A stretch of DNA of 64,000 bases, taken from assembly GCF_035594765.1 (NCBI RefSeq), contig NC_085844.1, forward strand, positions 213,048,107 through 213,112,106, given 5' to 3'. Below the pieces are notes generated by a model. The model ran no database searches. It was given only the letters and a program-made list of their open reading frames with translations, and was not told the DNA's origin. Position 1 is the first letter of the stretch, and each line of letters opens with the position of its first letter. Shown piece after piece: positions 10,348-22,478 of the stretch. This DNA is from Anolis carolinensis. Taxonomy: Eukaryota. The translations under genes were made by a program, and so were the position numbers.

Positions 10348-13300
10348 CTGAACAGACAATGTAAAATCAGAGTGCAGATACTTGAACACCTCCCTCCCAT
10401 CTCTAACACACACTCACCATTGGCATAGCTCACCTGCCAATTCAATTAAAGGAGAAGGTGGAACAGGGTCACATGCATTCAGAGTGTCATGGAGGCTGCT
10501 GCTCACTGCATGCCCTAATCCAAAGGCCTGGATGACTGAGTGACAATTACCAGTGTCATTTGGAGTGATGTAGCCCTAATGGGAGGGAATGGAGCCCAAT
10601 AACAGCAGGAAGGAAGAGACATGCTGCGATCCATCAGCAACACATAACAATTAAGAGAACAGCCTCTACCAAATCAAGGCTAGTGCTCCAGCTTGAATAC
10701 ATAGCCATCTTTGAGTCTGACTGCTCAAACAGTACAGATCTCTGAAAGCATGTAGGTGCTGGCATAATTTAGATGGAAACCTTATGTAATTTCATCTGGC
10801 ATTGTCACTTCCAAAGAAGCTTCCCACTGTTATAAGGGCCATCTTTGTAGAAACCATCTATAAAAAGTTCTCCATTATCTTGGTTTGGGAAAAAGCAAAT
10901 TCCTGACAATCAGTGCAATCCACGCATTGACCAGATGGTGACTATGTGCTTTGCTTAAGCCTTCTTTCGCAAAAGCAGTTGAAGGAGTGATTTAAAACAC
11001 AATGCATGCAAAAGTCAATGCAAACCGAAGCTTAAGATTTTTTCTTTCATAATTACTAAATTTGGTCTTACTTCTACTGTCTTAGAAAATTGTTACAATT
11101 CTGGTTAGTGGCAACTTCATTTTTGTAAGGCTAAGCAAACACTGGGAAATTAATGAGAAACAGTTTTGGTTGCCCCTTTAACACTTTCTCCTTAAATAAA
11201 TAGAACTTGACACTGCAAGCAGCACCCACACACAAGGAGCAAACATGCTTCCATAAAGGCCATAGGACATGGACACTATAGAGGGAACAGCACTGCTGAA
11301 ACAGGAGTTGTGTCCAAACTCATTTACACTTAGCAGATCACAGGCAGGCACTAAGGCTGAATGAAAAGACAGATAAAAGGGAAGAAGCAGGTGGAACCAT
11401 GCAGGAAATGACAGGGGTATACTGCACACTACCATAGCCAGCCAGACTGCAATTACGCTACGAACTCTGGAGAGTGGAGTTTGAAAGCAAAATTGGCCAT
11501 GGTTTTTTTTCCCAGTTTTTTTAAATTCTCTCTCCCTCAATTTCTTTGAATATATTCAAAGTGGAGGCGTTAATGCTTCTTCGGGGCAGAAATAAACATT
11601 TGAAGAGATGTTTTTGTGGGAGGGGGGGGGAGAAGCAGTGCTTAAATGAGGTTTTAAAGGTTTCCCTCCCATTTTCATTTTTAACAGGGAATGTTTTAAA
11701 ATCATAGTGGATAACGGACACCTCTGCACATCATTCATCCCAGCCATATTTCTCAGGGAGTGGACCACAGTAATACCCACACAGTGCCACCCTCGTTCTT
11801 ACCGTCTAGCCCCCAGTAAATACAGTCAGGATGGATGGCGCACAGAGATTGAGGCTACCTATTTTAGAACTATAGGAAGAAAAGAAATCCTAACCTTCTC
11901 ATAAAACACTAATAAAAATCAGCCCTTAATTCTCCTTGAAAATTCCCTTGCACTTTGAAATTCCCCAATCTTCAAGGGCTTTTCTTTTTCACCCTGGCAT
12001 GAATTCTCAAACAAAACTTGGAGAAAGGTAACTCTAGTTTCTTTGATATCATATGTCTGTGTGCAGATATTAATTTTACAAAAGCAAAGAGAACATATCC
12101 TCTCTTTACTTGCATCTATTGGTTAAGTCTCAATCCTGCATAAATAGTGGGATCACTGGTATTAAAATAATCAATTGTGTCACTTTTTTAAAAAACTGAA
12201 GAACATGGCATGTGTTTTTTAACTGTGCATCCCGTAACAGAAAACTGCAGGGCATGAGGATTGGAATTAATCCACTGTGGTACTAAGGATTGTATGCAGG
12301 TCACAGAAGGAAAGGAAGATGCACACCAACCCACACAAATGTCAGGCAGTACAGAGCCTCTGTATTGACCAGGAATAGTATAAGTGAGGCCTAAGGAATA
12401 ATCTATCAGATATTTTTGGACTACAACTTCCGAATTCCATACCACTTCCTATACTGTCTAGAACTAATGCAAACACCTACATCTTAAGGGCCACAGGTAC
12501 CACTTCTAGTAATATTATTAGCAGCCAAAACATCTGCCTTTACCCATTCAACAGAACAGTATCCTTTCTTTTGATGCATTGGAACATCCAAATAAACCTC
12601 TCCTTCCTCAAATCACTGAAATATGGATTCCTAAACACCCTTCACCTCATATTATCCTATCAGTTGTCTGTGAGAATTACATAGCCTGAAGGAACCTCCA
12701 AAATAAACATTAAGTACATACACCACTTTATATTTTTATTTATTTATTTTGGGCACATTTTTATTCTAGATATCCTGACTTTACTAGGTGTATACACCAG
12801 GCACTAACATGGTACATGTAAATCTAGCTTCATACATCTTTTTCTCTCTAAAAACCTTTAAAAATATGTATGGTCAGTCCACTTTGAACCGCCAGTCCTA
12901 TGTAAAGCTTCTTAAAGTATTTTCAGTAAAAATATATTTCACAGAAGAATAGTTTGTAGGTTGTAACCTAAAGAACTTGATTTTACCCTTAGCCTTAACA
13001 ATTAGAAAGAACTATTAATGGCTCCTATCTTCTACTCATTCTTCCCCATTAATTTTTTTCCCATTTTCTGTTGTCAGTGGAATTCAAATATTGCTTTAGA
13101 GCAGGCATGGGGAAACGGAAGCAAATAAGTGAAAACAGTATCTTGCTGTAACATTAATACATGTAACATTAAATTCCCTGGGCTGCAACCTGTAAGACTT
13201 ATAGAAATGTTTGGTTGCTTTTAGAAATGTTAAGAGAATTTCTGCCTAAAATAATAAAATATTTTGTCATCTTTGTTGCTACACTTCTGATAAGACAGAA

Positions 13301-13438
13301 GCTTTCAAGATTATAGCCAGCTCCACTATGCTAGTGCACTAGAACTGCGTAACATTGTTATTGCAGGGTTAGCAAGAGAACAGATACAGAAACGGAACAC
13401 TAGCAGAAGCAAAAATGGAATGAAACCAAAGAACTCAC

Positions 13439-13474
13439 AAGTAGCTTTCTTCGATGTTTCCTCAGGTCACTTGG
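13439..13474 (-). CDS. PPFIA4: Liprin-alpha-4 36-nt microexon PSDLRKHRRKLL
   Basis: cag|CCA...CTT|gtgagt, phase 0/0; conserved liprin-alpha motif. Confidence 0.94.
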
Positions 13475-13661
13475 CTGATAACAGAAAAGAACAGAAATTA
13501 TCTTAAAATTAAACAGAAGTTCATATGTTAGCAGTGTAAAAGTTTTATTGCAACTTGGATGACTAGGAAGGTATGAGAGGAAGCAATGAGGACATTCTAA
13601 AAAGAACACATCATATCACTGCCTTTCTGGCCAAATATATCATCCCTTCTTCCCAGCTTAC

Positions 13662-13902
13662 AAGAGTCATGCTGCATATTCGATCAAGGTCCTGTGCAGC
13701 ACTGCGAGAACTGAGCTTGGGAGTAGAGCGACCACTGATAGGAGGAGATGAGCTAGCCAAGGACAGGGCAGTCAGGGAGGTGGGGATGGATGCTCTCTTG
13801 CGAAGTTGTGTCAAATTCAGGGCCTCCATGCTACCACTAGTGACACGGCTTTCCAACTGCTCAGCCCGCAGCTCAGTTGATTCTTTCTCTTCCTGGATCA
13901 TT
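13662..13902 (-). CDS. PPFIA4: Liprin-alpha-4 exon MIQEEKESTELRAE...SAAQDLDRICSMTL
   Basis: tag|A ATG...CTT|gtaagc, 241 nt; SIPTSLTALSLAS and SAAQDLDR are alpha-4-like. Confidence 0.96.
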
Positions 13903-15249
13903 CTAAAAGAGAAAACATAATTTAATTCAGATAATCACACACCTTAACATCTTGTAAGTTTACAGACATCACTTGTGATTCCTTCATATTTGCTAATCAA
14001 ATTATGCAAGAACAGTTAAAAACTTTCAAGGACTATGGACACAAATGACTCTGATCCACAGACTCAACCTAGAACCATGCTCTCACACACCACTCAGAAG
14101 ACAATCTTCAATATGTTTCCCTACTTTTCTACTTCCATTTTCCAGATAGATTCTCAAGGACCTACTGCATTATTTCTGTGTCTCTAGAAGTGTAAGCAAG
14201 TGTTCCTTGCACATTTACCAATTGTAGCACAAGGGCTGGAATATAGCTTGTGGTGTACAACTGAAGGACTTTCTTATGCCTTAAAGCACTCAACCCTTCA
14301 GTATACTTCTCATCAAAATTAAAAAACCAAAGTTACACATCATGACAAAATTAAACAGCTTCCTGTTATTTCTCAGCATAAACTTTAGGCAAAGATTTTG
14401 TAAAATCACCAAGCCTTCCGGTTCTCAGATTCCTAATTTATAAGAAGCTTCATTTGAAGATATCAGAGTGACAAAATGGTTACAATGGACTTACAAAACA
14501 GTCATACGTGCATACATGAGTTTGCAGTAGAGTTTAAAGGTGAATGACTAATTTGCTTATAATGAATACAGCAACAGTTTTAAGACATGGGTGTGCTAAG
14601 ACAAGATAGGTTAATTCTTGGTACAGCATTGGTTCACCACCTAAGGATCAGTCCCAAGATACAATTTAATTGCCCACTTAGAAATAGAATGATAGTATCT
14701 GCCTCTAGGTGGCTGAATTACACTTAGTGAACTTGGTCTACATATTATTATTATTCCTACTGTAGATTATACTTGTTTCATCAACCTTTTTTTTTTGTTC
14801 TCGAAGAGAAAGCTAAAATTGTGCATGATTTTGCCCCGTTATACTACTATATTTGTTTTTATTTCTGTTTTCAGTTTTTATTTCAAAACTACTGTAAAAT
14901 GCACTTTGGAATTGCCAGAAGTTAGTAAAGATGAACAAAAGGCTAGAACTGTTTTCTGATAAGGCATACATATGAAATTGCCAAGATATATTATCTCCCC
15001 CCCACAACCTCCCCTCCCCCCCCCCCCCACAAATGCTTCAGTATTCATCTCAGTGTACAAGTTGTTGACTGAATCTCCCCACCAAACTTCTCAATCCTAT
15101 CTAGGGCTACCTTGTTGATTTTTTGGGACTTATATGGGTTTTTAATTCTGTTCAATCCTTTTGTGTGTGTGTGTGTGTGTGTGCTAAATACAAAGAGGTT
15201 CAAGTGAAATATACAGAGTGAACACGTGAAATACTGGTACATTTCATAC

Positions 15250-15455
15250 CTGATCTCCTCATTGATGGCATCTAGCTGTTCCTGCAGCATCATGGCAAGG
15301 GTCTGGGCATCAGAGTGACCACTAGGTGATAGCATATCAATGGAACTAAAGACAGTTTCCTGGTCATCTTCATCAATATCAGAGATTTCTGGGTCACTGT
15401 CAAAAGTGTGAGCTGTGGTGGCCAGGACCCCACTTGGCTGGGCAATCTCCCAATC
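15250..15455 (-). CDS. PPFIA4: Liprin-alpha-4 exon DWEIAQPSG...FDSDPEISD...SPSGHSDAQTLAMMLQEQLDAINEEI(R)
   Basis: cag|GAT...AG|gtatga, 206 nt; FDSDPEISD and INEEIR fit alpha-4 better than alpha-1/2. Confidence 0.96.
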
Positions 15456-15673
15456 CTGAATATAAACAAAAATAAAATAAAATATATGAAGGGCATCAAC
15501 AGCTCCACACAAACCATTTCTCACAACTGTGTCATAAGTTGGGATAACTCAATTTAGCGAGGGTTATCCATCCCCTTTAGCTAACCAGTCCTGATAGCAC
15601 TGTGTTGAAGCTGAGCTTCATGTCCATGTGGTTTTAGTCTTGTAAGAATATCTAGCTTTTGAAAGGAATGTTT

Positions 15674-15926
15674 CATAGAAACATAGAATCGTAGAGTTGG
15701 AAGAGACCTCATGGGCCATCCAGTCCAACCCCCTGCAAGAAGCAGGAAAATCTCATTCAAAGCACCTCTGACAGATGGCCAACCAGCCTCTGCTTAAAAG
15801 CCTCCAAAGAAGGAGCCTCCACCACAGTCTGGGGCAGAGAGTTCCACTGCCGAACAGCTCTCACAGTCAGGAAGTTCTTCCTATTGTTCCTGTTGTTTCC
15901 TGTAGTTTGAAGCCATTGTTCCGCGT
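15674..15926 (-). mobile_element. CR1 3' fragment
   Basis: Reverse complement closely matches the 3' end of the CR1 at about 8830-9090. Confidence 0.88.
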
Positions 15927-16875
15927 TTCGTATATAGTACAGGCTTTCAAAGAGTAAGTCTGTGAAGAAGATGATTCTTTCTTATCACCCATGTTAGTAT
16001 ATTTTACCTTTCTTTGTCTTACTGAATCCAGTCACTATCAAATAAAAAAAGGGGAAATCTGACAGGTTTTCCCAGTCTCATGTGTTTGGAAACAAACTGG
16101 GACTTGGCATCCCTAGTCTGGACTGGAAAACTGTTGCACTCAACTCATGAGCTGGGGAAAGAGATCTCATACAGTCCAGTGGGAAAACACATTTGTTTTG
16201 CTGTTATCTTGTAATACTAGCATATAAAGAGAAAATAGAAGACCTGGACAATTTAGATAACAGAAATGTCATGTTTCTCCTGTTCAGTTTTAGAAAGACT
16301 TCAAACAGAGCTAGACTTGCCAGTTTGATGCATAGCAGCAAACAAAGTATGCAAGCATGTTTTATCTTCCCTCTCCATTAGCAACAAGAATTGTGCAAGC
16401 AGCCTAATAACAGAAAAATTCACTCCACTAGCCACTTTCAGTCTTCAACTCTTTTAACAGCAGGATGAGCATAGATATTTCGCTGGCATACTGTACCCTT
16501 ATCCTATCATGGCATTTATGAAAATATTTGAAGTGAAATTCAGCAAAAATCTTGGAGACAGAGACATAGGCTGTAGTGAGTTGGGCTGTTGTCACTAGGC
16601 AGACAATTTTAAAGTCCTTGTTAACATCATGGCCAAAAATTAACAGCTGTCCAGTATAGAGAATGAGTCAATTTACATTACTGAATGTTTTTGATGCTTT
16701 TTGCATTAAATTGGCAGTTTGTTACTGGGAAAAAGAGAAGACTGAGAATGCCCTATCTTACATTAGATATCTCCAACCTTGTGTTCTCCTCAGTCATTGG
16801 TCTACAACTTCAATCACTGACAACCAAACTATGCTGGTTGTAAATGGAAGCTGCATTTTAAAGTGAAGTTTTCAA

Positions 16876-17086
16876 CAGCCCGGGCTGTGGCGCAGGCTGA
16901 TGAGCAGCCAGCCAGCTGCAGCCAGCTGTAACAAATTACTCTGACCAAGAGGTCATGAGTTCGAGGCCAGCTCGGAGCCTATGTTTGTCTTGTCCTTGTT
17001 CTATGTTAAAGGCATTGAATGTTTGCCTTATATGTGTAAAGTGATCCGCCCTGAGTCCCTTTCAGGGTGAGAAGGGCGGAATATAA
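16876..17086 (+). mobile_element. SINE with tRNA-derived head and L2-derived tail (Anolis SINE2-like)
   Basis: B-box-like gagttcgaggcc; L2-type tail gatccgccctgagtccc...gggcggaatataa. Confidence 0.75.
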
Positions 17087-18081
17087 GCAGATTCAGAAGC
17101 AGATCTGCCTGGAGGAATGAGGGTGGTTCCACAGGTGTGGACAGAGTTGGGTGTGGGCAGAATGATATTGACTCTGATGAAGAGTTTGGGACGCCTGATC
17201 CAAGGGCGTTGGCTGTTTGGAGCTCAGATTCTGATGAAGAATTTGGGACACCTGATCCTAGGGCGTTAGAAGTTTGGACGCCCAAGGAAACCTAAATAAA
17301 TTGGGGATGTTTGGCCACTATGCTTTGCGTGTGGCAAGGTGTTGCTGGGTGCCATTGGGTTTCCTGTACGTGATTCTGAAGAATGGCTTGGGACTTTGCA
17401 ACAGATGTAAGATTGATCCGGGTAACTCTGCAATGGAGGGCTGGAATTGTGTGGGTTTCCCTGGACTGCATTGTTATTACTATTTTGCATTAGCTGCTGT
17501 TCGCCTTCGTTGTTTTGGTTTTCTGTGCCATTCTGTGACGTGGACCTTCTTTTGATGACTTCAACTCCTTGGACCTTGGACTGGAATTCGACTCGGCTTT
17601 GCTCTTCGCTCCCAAAATGTGTTTTGGCGTCGTTCTCAATTCCGTGGCTGCTTTCTGTTGCTGACTACTGGCTTCACTCTTGACCCTGACACTGGCTGCT
17701 TACCCCGACTTCGGACCGGCTTGACGACGCTTTCCTGCTCTGCTCCTTTAACTCCTGGCTTGGCCTTCACTCCAGCAGCAGTACTCCTGAATTTTGGGAA
17801 GGTTTTGGGGGCTTCGTAGCTGTTTGCTTTAGTTTGTTTCACCATTTCAAGCCCGTTTTTTGTTTTTGGGCTGAGTTCAAGTATTTTATGTTTAGTCCGG
17901 ATTTTATCTCTGGTTAATCTGGATTATATGTCAGTTCATGTTTCTGGCATTTCTCCTGTTTTAACTACTTAAAACACATAAACTTCAGTGTTATTAAGTT
18001 TCTGCTAATTCTTTGAACTATTTTTGGACTATTACTTTAATAAACTATATTTTGCTCTCAGTTGGCGTCTGACTTTTGACA
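17087..18081 (+). mobile_element. 5'-truncated LTR (Gypsy-like)
   Basis: aataaa near 18039, ends ...ctgacttttgACA; internal tandem duplication of about 57 bp at 17170-17285. Confidence 0.6.
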
Positions 18082-18116
18082 TTTCGCCCACATCTATGGC
18101 AGGCATCCTCAGAGGT
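18074..18116 (-). ncRNA. Minimal hammerhead ribozyme motif of Penelope element (3' side damaged)
   Basis: CCU CUGAGGA U GCCUGC cauagau GUGGGC GAAA UGUC; the stem I partner AGG is replaced by LTR sequence. Confidence 0.6.
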
Positions 18117-19330
18117 TGTGAGGTATATTGGAATAAACTAAGCAAGGAAAGTTTATATATCTGTGGAAGGTCCAGAAGACATCACAGCCCTATTTCACCA
18201 TTACCTCACCACAAGCTACTTTCAGTGGAACAATGAATTCTATGAACAGAAAGATGGAGTATTCACAGGAAGCCCTCTCAGCCCAGTCATACCAAATTTC
18301 TACATGGAGCACTTTGAAAAACAAGCCCTAGAAACAGCACCAAAAAAGCGTACTATATGGTTCAGATATGTGGATGACACCTTCACCATTTGGAGCCATG
18401 GAAAAGAAGAACTCAACAAGTTCCTGGACCACCTCAACAGTATCCACCCAAACAGAAAACCAAGGAAAACTGCCATTTCTAAATGTTCTAGTCATCCACA
18501 AACCCAATCAACAATTGGGCCACACAGTTTACAGAAAACCTACACACACTGACAGATACCTTCATAAAAACTCCAACCATCACCCAAGTAAAAAAAGAAG
18601 CACAATCAAAGCCCTGGCAGACCGTGCACAAAGAATCTGCGAACCTCACCTCCTCCAAGGTGGACTAAAGCATCTAAAAAGGGCTCTACAGGCCAATGGA
18701 TACTCCACCACGGACATCAGGAGAGCTGTAAGGCCAAGAACAAGCCATGAGAGTAAAGACAAAGATCCACCCAGAGGAAAAGTGTTCTTACCATACATCA
18801 AGGGAACCACGGACCACATAGGGAAGCTGATGAAGAAACACAACCTACAAACTATCTACAGACCCACCAAGAAAATCCAACAAATGCTACATTCAACAAA
18901 GGACAAGAGGGATCCTCTCACCTCTGCAGGAGTCTACAGTATACCATGCAGCTGTGGACAAGTCTACATAGGGAACACCAAATGCAGCATTGCCCAAACA
19001 CGAATCAAGGACATGAAAGGCACTGCAGACTGATTCAACCAGAGAAGTCAGCCATAGCAGAGCACTTGATGAACCAACCTGGACACAGTATATTATTTGA
19101 GAACACAGAAATGCTGGACCACTCTAACAGCTATCATGTCAGACTACACAGAGAAGCCATTGAAATCCACAAGCATGTGGACAATTTCAATAGAAAGGAG
19201 GAAACCATGAAAATGAACAAAATCTGGCTACCAGTATTAAAAAAAACCTCTAAGATCAGAACAGTAAATAAGAAACAACACTCTGAAAACAGGGGAATTC
19301 CAGGCTTGAATCAATCAGGAAATAACTAAC
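18082..19330 (+). mobile_element. Penelope-like element (Poseidon type): inverted terminal piece plus RT C-terminus and GIY-YIG endonuclease
   Basis: GSPLSP, FRYVDD, VYRKPTHTDRYL, GVYSIPCSCGQVYIG, HREAIEI; 18082-18175 is an inverted copy of the terminal region. Confidence 0.92.
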
Positions 19331-19511
19331 GTACTCAGAAATCTATAAATTAAGTGTAAATACACAGTTGTCCTGTTACTATAGACTCACTAATATTACA
19401 GGATAGAATAATAGTTACAAACTTATTGTTATTTATAATGCAAGAACGTAGGGAATAAACACATAAGGACTATTTTACAACAATGTACCAAACATTATAT
19501 TCATGCTTGAA

Positions 19512-19824
19512 TCTATATATATAAAAGGGTAATGAAATTTCGGCCTAGGACAAAACAACAAAACTACACATCCCAGAAACACTAAACTTGGCAGCACAAC
19601 CCCTCATCCATGCCTCTATGTTCATACAACAAAAAGAAAAGAAAAATAAAGTCCTAATTAGAGGGAGATGAATAATTGTTTTTATCCAATTGCTGCCAGT
19701 TACAAGGCTAAGCTCCGTCAGGGGAAAACCTTTACCCTTTACCTTAACTACCACCAATACCTCAATACTTTATTTCCCATACCACCATACTTTGCCACAG
19801 CAACGCGTGGCCGGGCACAGCTAG
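19512..19824 (+). mobile_element. Short non-autonomous Helitron
   Basis: A|TCTATATAT...hairpin...CTAG|T; same termini as the 4148-4628 copy. Confidence 0.9.
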
Positions 19825-19899
19825 TGTTTTATAAAGTAACTGATAAGTTCAATCAAAAACTGTGGTCAACACTTTAAATAGATTCTGTATTGTTCCATG

Positions 19900-20760
19900 C
19901 AAGTAATGTTTGAGTATTCTGATCTTTAAAGGTATGGTGGTCATGCCTACATATAGGAGGTCACAGGGACACTGTATTACATAAATGACCTGGTTGGTGT
20001 TACATGTAGTAAAGCTTCGTAGTTGCATGTTAAATTTCAAAGTAAGATGTGAAAATTTTCTCTCAGAATTAAAGATCAGAATACTCGAACATCACTCAGG
20101 CATCAGAAATAAATATTGAGATTCCACCCTCTACTCACATTTTTAGAGAAATCTCATTCCTGTACGAGTTTTAGATTCTGTGCCCTAGAAAGGATCACTA
20201 CAAAACTCCATGGGGACATAAAAAGGCTTTTACTACAGAGGGAAGCCTTTCGGATATCTAAGTTACATACAGTGCATCCACATGGTCTAAATGATAGATT
20301 AGATCTTACCCGTTTTTTGTAATTAGCTAGTAATCTTTAAAAGGGAGCAGCCTCTATGAGTTAACTGCTCGCAAATGAAAGTCAGTAGGATCACTACCAT
20401 AGTGGAAGTTGCAGCAGAGCCACAGACTCCTAAAGTGGAAGTAAGTGTTTTTCTCTTGTTTAATGGTTTGTAAAAATAATTATGAATTGTTTATTGTTAC
20501 TGGGTGCTGGCAACAGCATATCTATTATGTTGTCTCTTTAAAATTTAGTTTATAAAAGCTTCAGAAGATACCGTTATGAATATATGAAGAAACCTGAAGA
20601 AGAAAGCTTAAGAATGGATACTTCTCCTGAAACAAGGATTATAAACACCCGGTAACCCTTGTAGTTTTGTTTTCCTGATCACGCATCCCTAGGACTTTTT
20701 ACTTGCATGGGACAATACTGAATCTATTTAAAATGTTGACCACAGTTTATGATTGAACTT
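19900..20760 (+). mobile_element. Second Penelope-like element (Neptune-like) GIY-YIG fragment with 5' inversion and 3' UTR
   Basis: Minus piece TTCNTNQVIYVIQCPCDLLYVGMT; plus piece LKIRILEH...LLQREAF...HPHGLN. Confidence 0.8.
20589..20668 (+). ncRNA. Type I hammerhead ribozyme motif (stem II degenerate)
   Basis: Stem I GAAAC/GUUUU; core CUGAAGA 20594-20600; GAAA 20629-20632; stem III CAAGG/CCUUG; GUA triplet, predicted cut after 20663. Confidence 0.65.
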
Positions 20761-20765
20761 ATCAG

Positions 20766-21454
20766 TCTATATATATATAATCGTAATGGAATCCCGGCGC
20801 CGAGCAAAACAACAAACTAAACACCCCCCAACCTAGCAATTTAACCACACAATACAACATCCACGCCTTAAGGTTGAAACAGCAAAAGATCATGTCACGC
20901 ACTTCCACATGGACAGAAAATCACACAAACCCACAACGCACCATCTACGCTTGCGCAAAGACGCCCTCCTCATGCTTCCCGCCATGGCGCCCCATTCACT
21001 CACCCAATCCCTCTTGCGCACACACCTCCCTCTCATCTCCCCTCCCAGCCTCCCACCCCATGCGTCTCACCTATGGCAGAACCTCTGGCCTCCTCCATGA
21101 CCAGCATGTCAACCACACTCTCCCTGCTCCTCCTGCTTCTCCTGACCATGAGAGCAACAATGGCGGCACCCACTTTCCCTCACTAAAAGGAGAGAACGAC
21201 GGACACGGGGAGCCATGCCGGGGGGAAGGAGAAGCCTCATGGCCATACCAGAACAATCCAGCTCGCTGGCTAGAGGAAAGATAGGCAATGGGAAAAAGCT
21301 GTCCCCTGAGTCCTAGCGCCCGCCCATCATCCGGATTATTCACTCTCACAACAGAAAGAAAGAGAAGCAAACCCGGCCACCAGTCATTCTACACTACTCC
21401 ACAAAGACACACAGAAGCTCTACAAGATATACAATTATGTACTATATATATAAT

Positions 21455-21493
<39 letters not shown>

Positions 21494-22000
21494 TTTATTT
21501 ATTTATATTATTTATCTCCACTACACTCTCGCTTATCCAACCTTCTAGGATATCCAACCCATTTTAATACTCAATATTTTAAATATATGCTATGAACCAT
21601 GGCAATCAACACAATCTGACTCCTAATATTTTAACAAGCTTAAAATCAGAACACCAAATAAAAAACAACACTCTTAAAACGGGAATTCCAGACACTAAAC
21701 AATCAGGGCCAGGTAACACCTCCCACGATCTGCCATGCAGGACACAATTCAAGCACTCCCAACAGATGGCCACCCAGCCTCTCAATAATAATAATAATAA
21801 CAACAACAACAACATAAAATCCTAAGGTTTGCAGAGACCCCTAAGGATCATCCAGTACAACCTCCTTCTACCATACAGGAGGACACAATCCAAACACTCC
21901 TGACAGATGGCCATCCACCCACTATATAATAATAATGATGATAATGAAGATGATGATCATGATAATAATAATAATAGTAATAATAATAGAAGTATATTAT
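20766..22000 (+). mobile_element. Helitron 5' portion with captured TE fragments; no 3' CTAG end found
   Basis: TCTATATATA...caaaacaacaaa start homologous to the 19512 copy; internal mariner-, Penelope- and CR1-tail-like pieces. Confidence 0.65.
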
Positions 22001-22007
22001 TATATCC

Positions 22008-22478
22008 AAATGCCTTCTTTGCCTCGGTCTTCTCACAAAAAGAAAGCCATCTTCAACCTCAGCAACATGGAATGGACGAAGGATTGGGGGAAATCCAACC
22101 CCAAATAGGGAAACAAGTTGTCCAGAAACACCTGGTCTCTCTAAACAAATTCAAGTTCCCAGGGCCAGATCAGCTACATCCAAAAGTATTGAAGGAACTT
22201 GCGGAAGTTATTTCAGAACCACTGGCAGTTATCTTCGAGAGTTCTTGGAGAACGGGAGAAGTTCCAGAAGATTGGAGGAGGGCGAATGTGGACCCTATCT
22301 TCAAGAAGGGAAAAAGGAACGACCCAAACAATTACCATCCAGTTAGCCTCACGTCGATACCAGGCAAGATTCTGGAAAATATCATTAAGGAAGTGGTCTG
22401 CGAACACTTCGAAACAAATGCGGTCATTGCTAATAGTCAACACGGATTTACCAAAAACACGTCATGCCAGACTAATCT
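22008..22478 (+). mobile_element. Internal CR1 ORF2 fragment
   Basis: High identity to about 7419-7890 (NAFFASVFSQKE...HGFTKN). Confidence 0.9.

Noticed and set aside
11803-11869. Donor ACG|gtaaga with two possible acceptors
   Set aside because: Both readings hit early stops and the acceptor is ambiguous; insufficient evidence.
14996-15030. C-run (G-quadruplex potential on the transcribed strand)
   Set aside because: Common homopolymer-type tract with no specific support.
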